Below, piece after piece: positions 38,745-47,776 of a DNA stretch of 64,000 nucleotides. The notes below the pieces were generated by a model. It had not been told where the DNA came from. It ran no database searches and was given only the letters and a program-made list of their open reading frames with translations. Location: positions 5,056,001 through 5,120,000 of the forward strand of contig OZ242214.1 of the NCBI GenBank assembly GCA_965206595.1, written 5' to 3'. The translations under genes were made by a program, and so were the position numbers. Each line of letters starts with the position of its first letter. Within the stretch, counting starts at the first letter, position 1. The DNA comes from Candidatus Latescibacterota bacterium. Lineage in GTDB: Bacteria > Latescibacterota > UBA2968 > UBA8231.

Positions 38745-41141
38745 ATGTCGTCCAATATCTACGAATCAGGGGCCTCCGAAACCGCAGACGATACCGCGGC
38801 AAGGAAAGGCCATCGCCTCGAGGACTTACTGGCTCAGGTGGAAGGTCGCGGCTATAGGCGCAACGGCCACGACGACATTCTGAAAACAGCCGCAGACGCA
38901 GAGACCTACTATGCCGGTAATGATCTGGCGATCGATGTTCTGCGCAACAAGTACTTGGCTCCGGGAGAGACCGGGCCCCTGCAAATGTGGGACCGCATCG
39001 CCCGGGCGATGGCCTCAGTCGAAGAGGAGGAGGCGCACTGGTACAACCGCTTCTTCACCCTTCTTCTCGACTTCAAATTCATCCCCGGGGGTCGAGTTAT
39101 GCACGGGGCAGGCCGTGACGAGACCCGCCGAAAGCCTACGCTCTCCAACTGCTACGTCATTCCCATAGAACAGGACAGCCTCGAGGGCATTTACCGCTGC
39201 TTGAGTGAATCGGCGATGGTGTACCGGACCGGCGGCGGGGTCGGTACTGACCTGTCGTCGCTGCGGCCCAAGGGTGCACCGGTCAACGCGACCGTCGACC
39301 GGTCTCCGGGGTGCACCGCTTTCATGAACCTTTTGAGCGAGAGCACCAACGCGGTGTCGCAGGCGGGCAGGCGAGGTGCGCTGATGCTGACTCTACGGGT
39401 CGATCATCCCGACATCGAGGACTTCATTACAATCAAGAATGACGTTAACCGAACCAAGGTTCAGTACGCCAACATCAGCGTTCTGATTACCCACGAGTTC
39501 ATGGAAGCCGTCCTAGGCGACACGGACTTCGACCTCAGGTGGGGAGGGAAGGTGTATCGCACCGTACGCGCGCAGGATCTGTGGAACACCATCATCGCCA
39601 ATGCCCATTCCAGCGCTGAGCCCGGAATCATCTTCTGGGACACGATGAAGGAGTACCACAACGTCGAATACGCCAATCCGCTGACCAGCACCAACCCCTG
39701 CGGCGAACAGCCCTTGGCTTCGTACACTGCGTGCAACCTAGGCAATCTCAATCTGGTGAAGTTCGTCCGAGAAGACGGCACATTCGATTTCGAGGATCTG
39801 GCCGAAAGCACCCGGGTCGCGACCCGTTTTCTCGACAACGTCATCGATTACAACATGGATAATCACGCTCTTCCAAAGATCAGGGAGGCGGTGGAATCGG
39901 ACCGTCGCGTCGGGCTGGGTATCACAGGCTTGGCGGACGCCCTGGTACTCATGAAGCTGAGGTACGACTCGGACGAGGCGCTCGACACGGTCGAGAAGGT
40001 GATGCAAACGATCTGTTACTGCTCCTACGAGACTTCCATCGACCTTGCGAGCGAAAAAGAACCCTTCACGCTGTTCGACTGGAACGGCATTTCGCAAAGC
40101 AAGTTCATACAGAGTCTGCCGATGAGCATTCAGGACCGCGCAAAGAAATATGGCTTGCGCAACGCGACCCTGATCACGGTTCCTCCGGTAGGGACCGGGT
40201 CCATCGTCGCCCAGACGACTTCGGGCATCGAGCCTATCTTCTGCACCAGCTACAAGCGACGGGTCAAACAGGCAGACGGAGAATCTTTCCGCGAGTACAA
40301 AGTGTATCACCCGCTGATTCAGCGCCTCTTCGGCGACGACGAGAACCTGCCCGAATACGTCATAAGTTCACACGAAATCGATCCGTATTTTCGTGTAAGG
40401 ATGCAGGGGATCATCCAGAAGTACACCGACAGCAGCATCTCTTCGACGATCAATCTGGCGGAGGAAACAAGTGCGGAGACGGTGGCGGACATCTACATCA
40501 CCGCCTATAGGGAGGGCTTAAAGGGCGTAACGGTCTACAGGGAGGGAAGCCGCCAGGGAATCCTGCAGACCGAAGACAGTCAGGAGGAGAATCAGCCACC
40601 GCAGAAAGAGGACCCTCCTGCAGCCGAAGCCCCGGCGGCTTCCGGACGTAGCGAGCGCGGCTACCACCCGCGCCGCCGGCCGGCGGTCACTACCGGTGTG
40701 ACCGAACGCATCCGCACCGGGGAGGGCAACATTTACGTCACCATCAACGAAGACGATCAGGGACTGTGCGAGGTTTTCAGCACCATCGGCAAGGCGGGGG
40801 GCAACGCCGCCGCGCAATCCGAGGCGATCAGCCGCCTTATCTCACTGGCTTTGCGCTCCGGCATCGATCCGCAGGAAATCGTGAAGTCTCTGAAGGGAAT
40901 ATCCGGACCCACCCCGGTCTGGGAAGATGGCGAACTGATCCTGTCTGCACCGGACGCCATCGGCCGTGCTATCGAGCGGTATCTGCATCGTGGAGCGGAA
41001 CCTCGTGCCGAGTCCGCAGGCTCGGTTCCCGATGATACCAGGGAAACCAAATCGAGCGCCACCTGCCCGGAGTGTGGCTCGACAGTCGTGCACGAGAGCA
41101 ACTGCCTAAATTGCAAGCATTGCGGCTGGTCCAAGTGCTGA
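38745..41141 (+). CDS. nrdJ: Adenosylcobalamin-dependent (class II) ribonucleotide reductase
   Basis: TLSNCY, RRGALM, TNPCGEQPL, ACNLG, PVGT, KGVTVYR, C-terminal TSCPD-like domain and CPEC..C..CGWSKC. Confidence 0.93.
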   Translation: MSSNIYESGASETADDTAARKGHRLEDLLAQVEGRGYRRNGHDDILKTAADAETYYAGNDLAIDVLRNKYLAPGETGPLQMWDRIARAMASVEEEEAHWYNRFFTLLLDFKFIPGGRVMHGAGRDETRRKPTLSNCYVIPIEQDSLEGIYRCLSESAMVYRTGGGVGTDLSSLRPKGAPVNATVDRSPGCTAFMNLLSESTNAVSQAGRRGALMLTLRVDHPDIEDFITIKNDVNRTKVQYANISVLITHEFMEAVLGDTDFDLRWGGKVYRTVRAQDLWNTIIANAHSSAEPGIIFWDTMKEYHNVEYANPLTSTNPCGEQPLASYTACNLGNLNLVKFVREDGTFDFEDLAESTRVATRFLDNVIDYNMDNHALPKIREAVESDRRVGLGITGLADALVLMKLRYDSDEALDTVEKVMQTICYCSYETSIDLASEKEPFTLFDWNGISQSKFIQSLPMSIQDRAKKYGLRNATLITVPPVGTGSIVAQTTSGIEPIFCTSYKRRVKQADGESFREYKVYHPLIQRLFGDDENLPEYVISSHEIDPYFRVRMQGIIQKYTDSSISSTINLAEETSAETVADIYITAYREGLKGVTVYREGSRQGILQTEDSQEENQPPQKEDPPAAEAPAASGRSERGYHPRRRPAVTTGVTERIRTGEGNIYVTINEDDQGLCEVFSTIGKAGGNAAAQSEAISRLISLALRSGIDPQEIVKSLKGISGPTPVWEDGELILSAPDAIGRAIERYLHRGAEPRAESAGSVPDDTRETKSSATCPECGSTVVHESNCLNCKHCGWSKC

Positions 41142-41182
41142 AAAAAAAGGGCCTTGCCCTGACAACGCGGTCCTATAAATAA

Positions 41183-42628
41183 GGCTCGTCAGTAGAATTC
41201 GTGGGTGAATTGTGGCTCGGGTAAATCGCCAAGCTGATGGAATGAAGCGATTTGGAGTGCCTTGAAGGTGCGGCATCCGAATGCTTTTCTCCCTGTCAGA
41301 TTCCATTTCAGGTTCAAGCCCTCGACCATGCCGTTGTTGAACTGCTTCCTGGCCCTGAACCAATTGAGGATGAGCTCTTGGTGACGCCGCAGCATTCCGG
41401 CGATGTCTTTCATCGGTTCGATGTTGCTTCTCATCGTACGGAAACACCCGCGCTGGAGGAACTTCTCAGCCCACGCGGAGTAGGTGTAGTCCCAGAAGCG
41501 CTGGAAGTCCTCCTTGAGCAGGTAGGCTCTGACCGTCCGCAGGTTCATCTTCAATAGCTCCGACAGCTTCAAGCCTTGTGGGGGAGTCGCTGAGGTTCTC
41601 CTTGCGCTTCAGGAAGCACCAGCGGCTCTTGCTCAGGACCGGATCCTGGCCCTGTTCTTTGAGTCTGCGGGCCTCTTCGGCACGGACTTTGTCGAGGGCC
41701 TTGCTGAAGTGCTGCATGAGGTGAAAACGGTCGAGAATAGGTACCGCGGTGGGGAGCCGCTTGCTGATAACGTCGAGGTAGGCTTTCCAGATATCAGAGC
41801 AGATGACGGTAATCTGGTCGAGGAAACGGGTCGGCTCCTGCTCGCCGCCGGCTTCCTGCTTGCGCCGGTGCTCCTGCTCCCGTTCGGTAAAGCCGTCGTT
41901 CAAGGCCTTCTTCGTCCGCTTCTCGCCCATCCACAACAGGCGGCGGCGGTGGGGGTCGATCTGGTACAGCAACGTCAGATAATGAGGCCCCTTACGATAC
42001 TGGATTTCATCCACGCCGAGGGCCGTGACCTGGTCGAGGCAGCGATGAGCGAGCCCATAGTCCACGACGTACTGGACGGAGTGGTAGACCTTGTCCCAAC
42101 GGGTCCGGAAGGAACGCGCCACCTCGATCCACGACAGTTTTTTGGCCCCCTGGGCCAGGAAGCAGCGGTAGAGGTCGGTCAGGTGGTGCTTGCCCGTGCT
42201 CCAGGGGACCTTCTCGACGACCACCCGGCCGCAGGCTTTGCAGGCAACCCGGCGCATGCGATACACCAGAAAGACCGGAAACCCCCAGAGGGGAACAAAC
42301 TCGAACAGCCGGGCCTCGGGGGCCGTGTCATAGGTGGGGGCCAAGTGACCGCAGCCGCTGCACGCGCCCCGGGAGTTTTTCCGTGGCCTTATCCTCACCA
42401 TTATCCTTCCGTGCCGGTCAAAATGACTGCCCTCAAACACAAACCGCTTGAAGGTCGTGCACCGGTTTAGTACCGTGATCAGGCGCATCATTCCCTCCAC
42501 AGGTAGTTGGGTTCCGTCTTGGTGGACTGTCCCAACATACCGGGGGATGATGCGCCTGGGCTACCTGGCCTCCTCTATTCCCATCGCCGCAGCCTCCCCT
42601 CCTCACCCACAGATTCTCCAGAGGAGCC
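41183..42628 (-). mobile_element. ISL3-family element
   Basis: IRs GGCTCGTCAGTAGAATTCGTGGGTGA / GGCTCCTCTGGAGAATCTGTGGGTGA; 8-bp AT-rich TSD ATAAATAA at 41175-41182 and 42629-42636. Confidence 0.95.
41189..42500 (-). pseudogene. ISL3 transposase, frameshifted at about 41580
   Basis: zf-ISL3 Cys pairs, LGVDE, ICSDIW, LDRFH, VEGLN split over ORFs 41466-42500 and 41189-41572. Confidence 0.88.
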
Positions 42629-42634
42629 ATAAAT

Positions 42635-42675
42635 AAAAAAGGGACGTGATCCGACTTGATCGCGTCCCTTTTTTT
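42635..42675. terminator. bidirectional rho-independent terminator
   Basis: AAAAAAGGGACGTGATC-loop-GATCGCGTCCCTTTTTTT between convergent nrdJ and phnP-like genes. Confidence 0.85.
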
Positions 42676-42685
42676 CTCTCCGATT

Positions 42686-43444
42686 TCAATTCACATCGAG
42701 AACGAGTCCATCGTACGCCAACTCAACATTGTCGGGCAGGAAGACATTTGTTGCTTCGTGATCCAGCTCGTGCGCGATGTGCGTGAAGAAAGTCCGTCTC
42801 GGCTTCAGTTCGCCGACGACATCGAGCGCCTCTTCTATGTTGAAGTGGGTCGGGTGTTCGGTGTGTCGCAAGGCGTCGAGCACGAGCACGTCTAGATCGC
42901 GCAGTTGGGTCATGGATTCAGGCGGGATCCGATTGCAGTCAGTCACGTAGGCGAACTGCCCGATGCGGAACGCCAGCACCGGCAATCTTCCGTGATACAC
43001 GGTGATGGGATGGATCTGCAGGCCGAACAGCGTGATCGTACCGTTTATCACGTGCAGGTCCAGCCGTGGAAACGAGAGAGGATAAGGTGAATCGAAAGCA
43101 TAATCGAACACCCGGTTGATGCGCTCCAGGGTGTGGTTATCGGCAAAACAGGGCAGTGGTTCGTCGCGGCCAAAGCAGTAGCAACGCAGGTCGTCGAGTC
43201 CATGCAGGTGGTCGGCGTGACCATGCGTAAACAGGACGGCATCGAGGCGGCGAACTTCGTAACGAAGAGCCTGAGTGCGCAGATCAGGCGTAGTGTCGAC
43301 AAGAAGTACACGATCTCCAAACTCGATCACTATGGAACAGCGGAGCCGCTTGTTTCGGGGATTTTCCGACAGACAAACCGGGCAGTCGCAGCCGATGCGG
43401 GGAACCCCGACCGAGGTCCCGGTCCCCAACAGGGTTACCTTCAC
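42686..43444 (-). CDS. MBL-fold metallo-hydrolase (PhnP-like)
   Basis: GTGTSVGVP.IGCDC.VC, THGHADHLHGLDD, THIAH. Confidence 0.9.
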   Translation of the reverse strand: MKVTLLGTGTSVGVPRIGCDCPVCLSENPRNKRLRCSIVIEFGDRVLLVDTTPDLRTQALRYEVRRLDAVLFTHGHADHLHGLDDLRCYCFGRDEPLPCFADNHTLERINRVFDYAFDSPYPLSFPRLDLHVINGTITLFGLQIHPITVYHGRLPVLAFRIGQFAYVTDCNRIPPESMTQLRDLDVLVLDALRHTEHPTHFNIEEALDVVGELKPRRTFFTHIAHELDHEATNVFLPDNVELAYDGLVLDVN

Positions 43445-44211
43445 TGCGGGCTCCGAGAATCTGCGCTCGGCAAAGTCAGCACATCGGGACCATCTTCGGT
43501 GACTGCAACGGTGTGCTCGAAGTGGGCGACAGTGGTCCCATCCCGCGTCGAAGTTGTCCAGCCGTCTTCGGCGACGACTACGTCTGGTTTACCCATACTG
43601 AGAATCGGTTCTATGGCGACGACGAAGCCCGGCTGCAACTTCGGTCCCCGCCCCGGGGAGCCATAGTTTGGAATGTGGGGAGCTTCGTGCAAGGCCCGCC
43701 CGATTCCATGGCCTCCGAACTCACGGACGACCGACATGCCGTTGGCCTCCGCCCGAGACTGGATGGCATGAGAAATATCCGATAAACGTCCGCGCGACCG
43801 GGCTTTGTTGATACCGTCATGAAGGGCGGCGCGAGTCGTGTCCAGAAGATGTTGCTGGGCACTCGTAATGGAGCCCACCCCGAGCGTAAAAGCCCCATCC
43901 CCGAAATAACCATCCAGCTTGACGCCGACGTCAACGCTTAGGATATCTCCCGTGTAAAGCGCTTCGGGCCGCGGGAATCCGTGCACCGCTTCGTCGTTTA
44001 CGGAGGCACATATGCTGGCGGGAAAGCCGTGATACCCTTTGAATGCGGGGTAGGCACCATGGTCTCGGATCGTTTCTTCGGCCAAACGGTCAAGTTCGAG
44101 GGTTGAAACACCGGGCCGTGCGGCTGCTACCAGCGCCTGCTGAACCAAAAACACGATACGGCAACTGGCACGGATCTTCTCGATCTCCTCCGGAGTTCTT
44201 ATCGCGACCAT
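43441..44211 (-). CDS. map: Methionine aminopeptidase type I
   Basis: CASVND.AVHG.P, GHGIG..LHE.P, AIEP, AHFEHTV. Confidence 0.97.
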   Translation of the reverse strand: MVAIRTPEEIEKIRASCRIVFLVQQALVAAARPGVSTLELDRLAEETIRDHGAYPAFKGYHGFPASICASVNDEAVHGFPRPEALYTGDILSVDVGVKLDGYFGDGAFTLGVGSITSAQQHLLDTTRAALHDGINKARSRGRLSDISHAIQSRAEANGMSVVREFGGHGIGRALHEAPHIPNYGSPGRGPKLQPGFVVAIEPILSMGKPDVVVAEDGWTTSTRDGTTVAHFEHTVAVTEDGPDVLTLPSADSRSPQ

Positions 44212-44489
44212 GGCGTCAAAGGTCCGGCCAGCCGATTGACGGCACCCGGGTATAATTCAACCGGAAATCCATTTGTGGTTGTTTTTAAGAAGGTTGTGGA
44301 ATTTTTGCAATTACGGAAAATGTGTGCGGACCGAAATTGCACCGAGGTTGCCGGAGGTTTGCTATGCTCTGAAGCGCTCTATATATTGAGAAAAATGTGG
44401 CAGCATTGGCAAAATTGAGGTGTCCGACTCAATATGCAGATTTTAGATCTTGATGGTTTAATGCCTATCAACAACTACGGCACAAGGTA

Positions 44490-46748
44490 ATGGCAAAATC
44501 ACTCGTTGTAGTAGAATCACCTGCAAAGGCGACCACAATCAACAAGATTCTCGGCAAGGACTACCTGGTCAAGTCCTGCATGGGACATGTGCGCGACCTG
44601 CCTCCAAAGGAGTTGGGCGTCGACGTCGACAACGATTTCAATCCCCGCTACGTCACCATCAGGGGCAAGGGAAAGATTCTGGCGGACTTGCGCAGGGCCG
44701 CCCGGACAGCGGACGAGATCTATCTCGCAACCGACCCGGACCGCGAAGGCGAGGCGATAGCCTGGCACGTTGCCCATGCAATCGGCAACAAGGATGACCT
44801 TCCGGTCAAACGCATCCTGTTCAACGAAATCACCCCGAAGGCAGTGCGCGAGTCGATCGCCAAGTCGGGAAAGCTCGACCTCAGAAAGGTCAACGCCCAA
44901 CAGGCACGCCGCGTGCTCGACCGCCTGGTAGGATACGAAATCAGCCCGTTGTTGTGGAAGGTTATACACGCAGGCCTGTCGGCCGGGCGGGTGCAATCGG
45001 TCGCTCTTCGTATGATCTGCGAGCGAGATGCTGAAATCAACGCCTTCGAGCCGCAGGAATACTGGACAATCGATGCCTTTCTCAAGCAGAGAAGTGATTC
45101 TGCCAAGCCTTCTGCCGACGACGAACATCCTGCCTTCACTGCGCGATTGCTGCAGCACCGCAACGAGAAGCTCGTCATATCGAACCAGGAACAGGCCGAC
45201 GCCATCGTTGCCGACCTGCGAAAGGCGGATTTCGCCGTCAAGCAGGTAAAGCGGAAAGAACAGCGGCGGCGGCCTTCGGCCCCCTTTATCACCAGCACCT
45301 TGCAGCAGGATGCAGCTCGGCGACTGCGCTTTTCCGTCAAACGCACCATGGCTGTGGCACAACAACTCTACGAAGGGATCGAGGTTCAGGGGGAAACTCG
45401 CGGTTTGATCACCTACATGCGAACCGACTCGGTGCGAGTCTCCGATGACGCCATTACCGAGGTCCGCGAGCATATCGGCAAGACTTACGGAGAGAATTAC
45501 CTTCCCTCGAAACCGAATGTTTACAAGACCCGACGAGGTGCGCAGGACGCTCACGAGGCGATCCGGCCCACCTACCTTGACCTGCTTCCCGGTGAGCTGA
45601 AAAACAGGTTGAAGGCGGACCAGGCCAAGCTTTACGACCTCATCTGGAAACGCTTCGTCGCCTCGCAGATGGGACCCCAGGTTCTCGATATCACCAGTAT
45701 CGACATTTCCGCCGCCGACTATCTACTGCGAACCACCGGGTCGCGTACGAAGTTTCCTGGGTTCTCCGTGCTCTACACGGAAAGCAGAGAAGATGAAGGG
45801 GACAGCGAGAAGGCCCAGTTGCCTCCCGGTATCGTAGCCGGACAGGAACTCGACGCCCTGAACCTGAAGCCGGAACAGCATTTCACCAAGCCTCCCCCTA
45901 GGTACTCCGAAGCATCTCTCGTAAAAGAGCTCGAGGCGAAAGGTATCGGCAGACCCAGCACTTACGCGCAGATCATAAGCACCCTGCAGAATCGGGAGTA
46001 CGTGGAAAACCTGGACCGCTACTTCGTGGCCACGGAGCGCGGACAAACGGTCAGCAAGCTTCTTATCGAGACCTTTCCCAACATCTTCGACGTCCGCTTT
46101 ACCGCAAAAATGGAAGACGAGCTCGACCGCATTGAGGACGGCAAGGAGAACTGGGTGGAGACGGTGCGCCAGTTTTATGGATCCTGGAGCGATTCCTTGA
46201 AGGATGCGAATTCGCGACGTCGCGAGCTCAAGCAGTCCCTGCAGGAAGAGACCGACATTGTCTGCGAGGACTGCCATCGCAAAATGGTTGTGAAGTGGGG
46301 CCGAAACGGCCGTTTCCTCGCATGCCCGGGCTACCCGAATTGCAAGAATACCAAACCTCTCGAACAGGATCAGGAGCAGGTCCGGACCGACGAAAAGTGC
46401 GAGCTCTGCAGCTCTCCAATGGTCGTCAAGACCGGGCTCTACGGACGCTTTCTCGCCTGCAGCGGATACCCCGATTGTCGCAACGTCAAACCGTACTCTC
46501 TCGGGATATCCTGCCCGGAGCAGGACTGTGGTGGCGAAGTGGTGGAGAAGCAATCCCGAAAGGGGAAGGTGTTCTACAGCTGCAATCAGTACCCGAATTG
46601 CAAGTTCGCCAGCTGGGACAAACCGGTGGAAGGGCCCTGTCCTCACTGCGAAGCGCCGCTCCTGTACGAAAAGAACAGCCGGAACGGGGCGCCGATGCTG
46701 CTCTGCCGCGTGTGCGAAAACCGGTTCGAAAACACTCCTGCCGCTTGA
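44490..46748 (+). CDS. topA: DNA topoisomerase I
   Basis: VVESPAK, ATDPDREGE, SAGRVQS, ITYMRTDS, C-terminal C4 zinc ribbons. Confidence 0.98.
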   Translation: MAKSLVVVESPAKATTINKILGKDYLVKSCMGHVRDLPPKELGVDVDNDFNPRYVTIRGKGKILADLRRAARTADEIYLATDPDREGEAIAWHVAHAIGNKDDLPVKRILFNEITPKAVRESIAKSGKLDLRKVNAQQARRVLDRLVGYEISPLLWKVIHAGLSAGRVQSVALRMICERDAEINAFEPQEYWTIDAFLKQRSDSAKPSADDEHPAFTARLLQHRNEKLVISNQEQADAIVADLRKADFAVKQVKRKEQRRRPSAPFITSTLQQDAARRLRFSVKRTMAVAQQLYEGIEVQGETRGLITYMRTDSVRVSDDAITEVREHIGKTYGENYLPSKPNVYKTRRGAQDAHEAIRPTYLDLLPGELKNRLKADQAKLYDLIWKRFVASQMGPQVLDITSIDISAADYLLRTTGSRTKFPGFSVLYTESREDEGDSEKAQLPPGIVAGQELDALNLKPEQHFTKPPPRYSEASLVKELEAKGIGRPSTYAQIISTLQNREYVENLDRYFVATERGQTVSKLLIETFPNIFDVRFTAKMEDELDRIEDGKENWVETVRQFYGSWSDSLKDANSRRRELKQSLQEETDIVCEDCHRKMVVKWGRNGRFLACPGYPNCKNTKPLEQDQEQVRTDEKCELCSSPMVVKTGLYGRFLACSGYPDCRNVKPYSLGISCPEQDCGGEVVEKQSRKGKVFYSCNQYPNCKFASWDKPVEGPCPHCEAPLLYEKNSRNGAPMLLCRVCENRFENTPAA

Positions 46749-47734
46749 GCAGTGCCGGCCGAGGCCGCGCACCCTTGGAAAGCGAACCTCTACCCGATTC
46801 TACAGCGCGATCCGAAGACGCTCCGAACCCCTCTGCGCCCCTTGAAGACGGCATCGCCCACTTTCTCGATCACCTGCAGAAGAGCGGCCGCCCCGCTTCG
46901 ACCATTGGCGCATACCGCTCCGACCTGAATCAGTTCGCCCTCTTCGTGCATCCGCGCACGGCAGACGCGTCGATCGGTTCCATCGACAGCGGACTGGTAG
47001 GCAAGTTCCTGTGCGAACAAAAACGGCAAAACAAACCTACAACCGCCCAGCGAAAACTTTCCGCGGTGAAATCGCTGTTTCGCTTTTTACAGCGCTCCGG
47101 CGTCCGCGATGACGACCCCGCAGCCGGACTGAGGGTTAGGACCAGACCGCAACCCGCAGAGCCCTGCCTCGAAAAGGAGGCCCTTGCCGAGGTGATCAAA
47201 AAAACGCCGGCCGACAGCTTCGCCGCGGTCCGCAACCGTGCTATCATCGAAATCCTGTACGGAGGTGGGTTGCGGCTCGGGGAACTGGTCGCGCTGAATC
47301 TGACCTCGCTGGAACTCGGATCGGGAATGTTGAAACTCGGCCCGCCGGACGCACCGAGGCTCGTGCCGATCGGTTCGCGTGCCGCGGTCACGATTAGCGC
47401 ATACCTGCTGTGCCGGGCGGACCTCCTGGTCGACAAGGAGATTGCCGATATCGACGCAGGCGCCCTCTTCCTCAACACCTCGGGAAAACGCCTTCACCGC
47501 AGGACAGTGCAACGCATCGTCGAACGCCTGCTGACGTTGGTGAACGGGGGCCGCCCGCGAACATTGCGGCGCGCCTGCGCCGACCACATGCTCGGAGCCG
47601 GTGCCGACGCCGTCGCCGTCGCCAAAATGCTGGGACGGAGAACCCCCGCTTCCGCCAACGTCTCCACTGACGATGAAAAGGTGCTGCTGGGCCTGCGCAC
47701 CACCTACGCAGGCAGCCACCCTCGATACCACTGA
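46745..47734 (+). CDS. xerC: XerC-like tyrosine recombinase with degenerate active site
   Basis: AYRSDL, RKLSAVKSLFRFL, RNRAIIEILYGGGLRLGEL, C-terminal Y...HPR; follows topA (TTG start overlapping TGA assumed). Confidence 0.8.
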   Translation: MSSAGRGRAPLESEPLPDSTARSEDAPNPSAPLEDGIAHFLDHLQKSGRPASTIGAYRSDLNQFALFVHPRTADASIGSIDSGLVGKFLCEQKRQNKPTTAQRKLSAVKSLFRFLQRSGVRDDDPAAGLRVRTRPQPAEPCLEKEALAEVIKKTPADSFAAVRNRAIIEILYGGGLRLGELVALNLTSLELGSGMLKLGPPDAPRLVPIGSRAAVTISAYLLCRADLLVDKEIADIDAGALFLNTSGKRLHRRTVQRIVERLLTLVNGGRPRTLRRACADHMLGAGADAVAVAKMLGRRTPASANVSTDDEKVLLGLRTTYAGSHPRYH

Positions 47735-47776
47735 CCGGGACATCCTCGAAGACGAGTACCTCAGCCGCTACGTCCT

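Noticed and set aside
38745-41141. Intein or intron in nrdJ
   Set aside because: NPCGEQPL is uninterrupted and the length is ordinary
41570-41595. Programmed frameshift in the ISL3 transposase
   Set aside because: ISL3 transposases are normally single ORFs; no slippery heptamer is evident
46295-46744. 150-aa N-terminal extension of the XerC-like ORF
   Set aside because: Out-of-frame overlap with the topA 3' end
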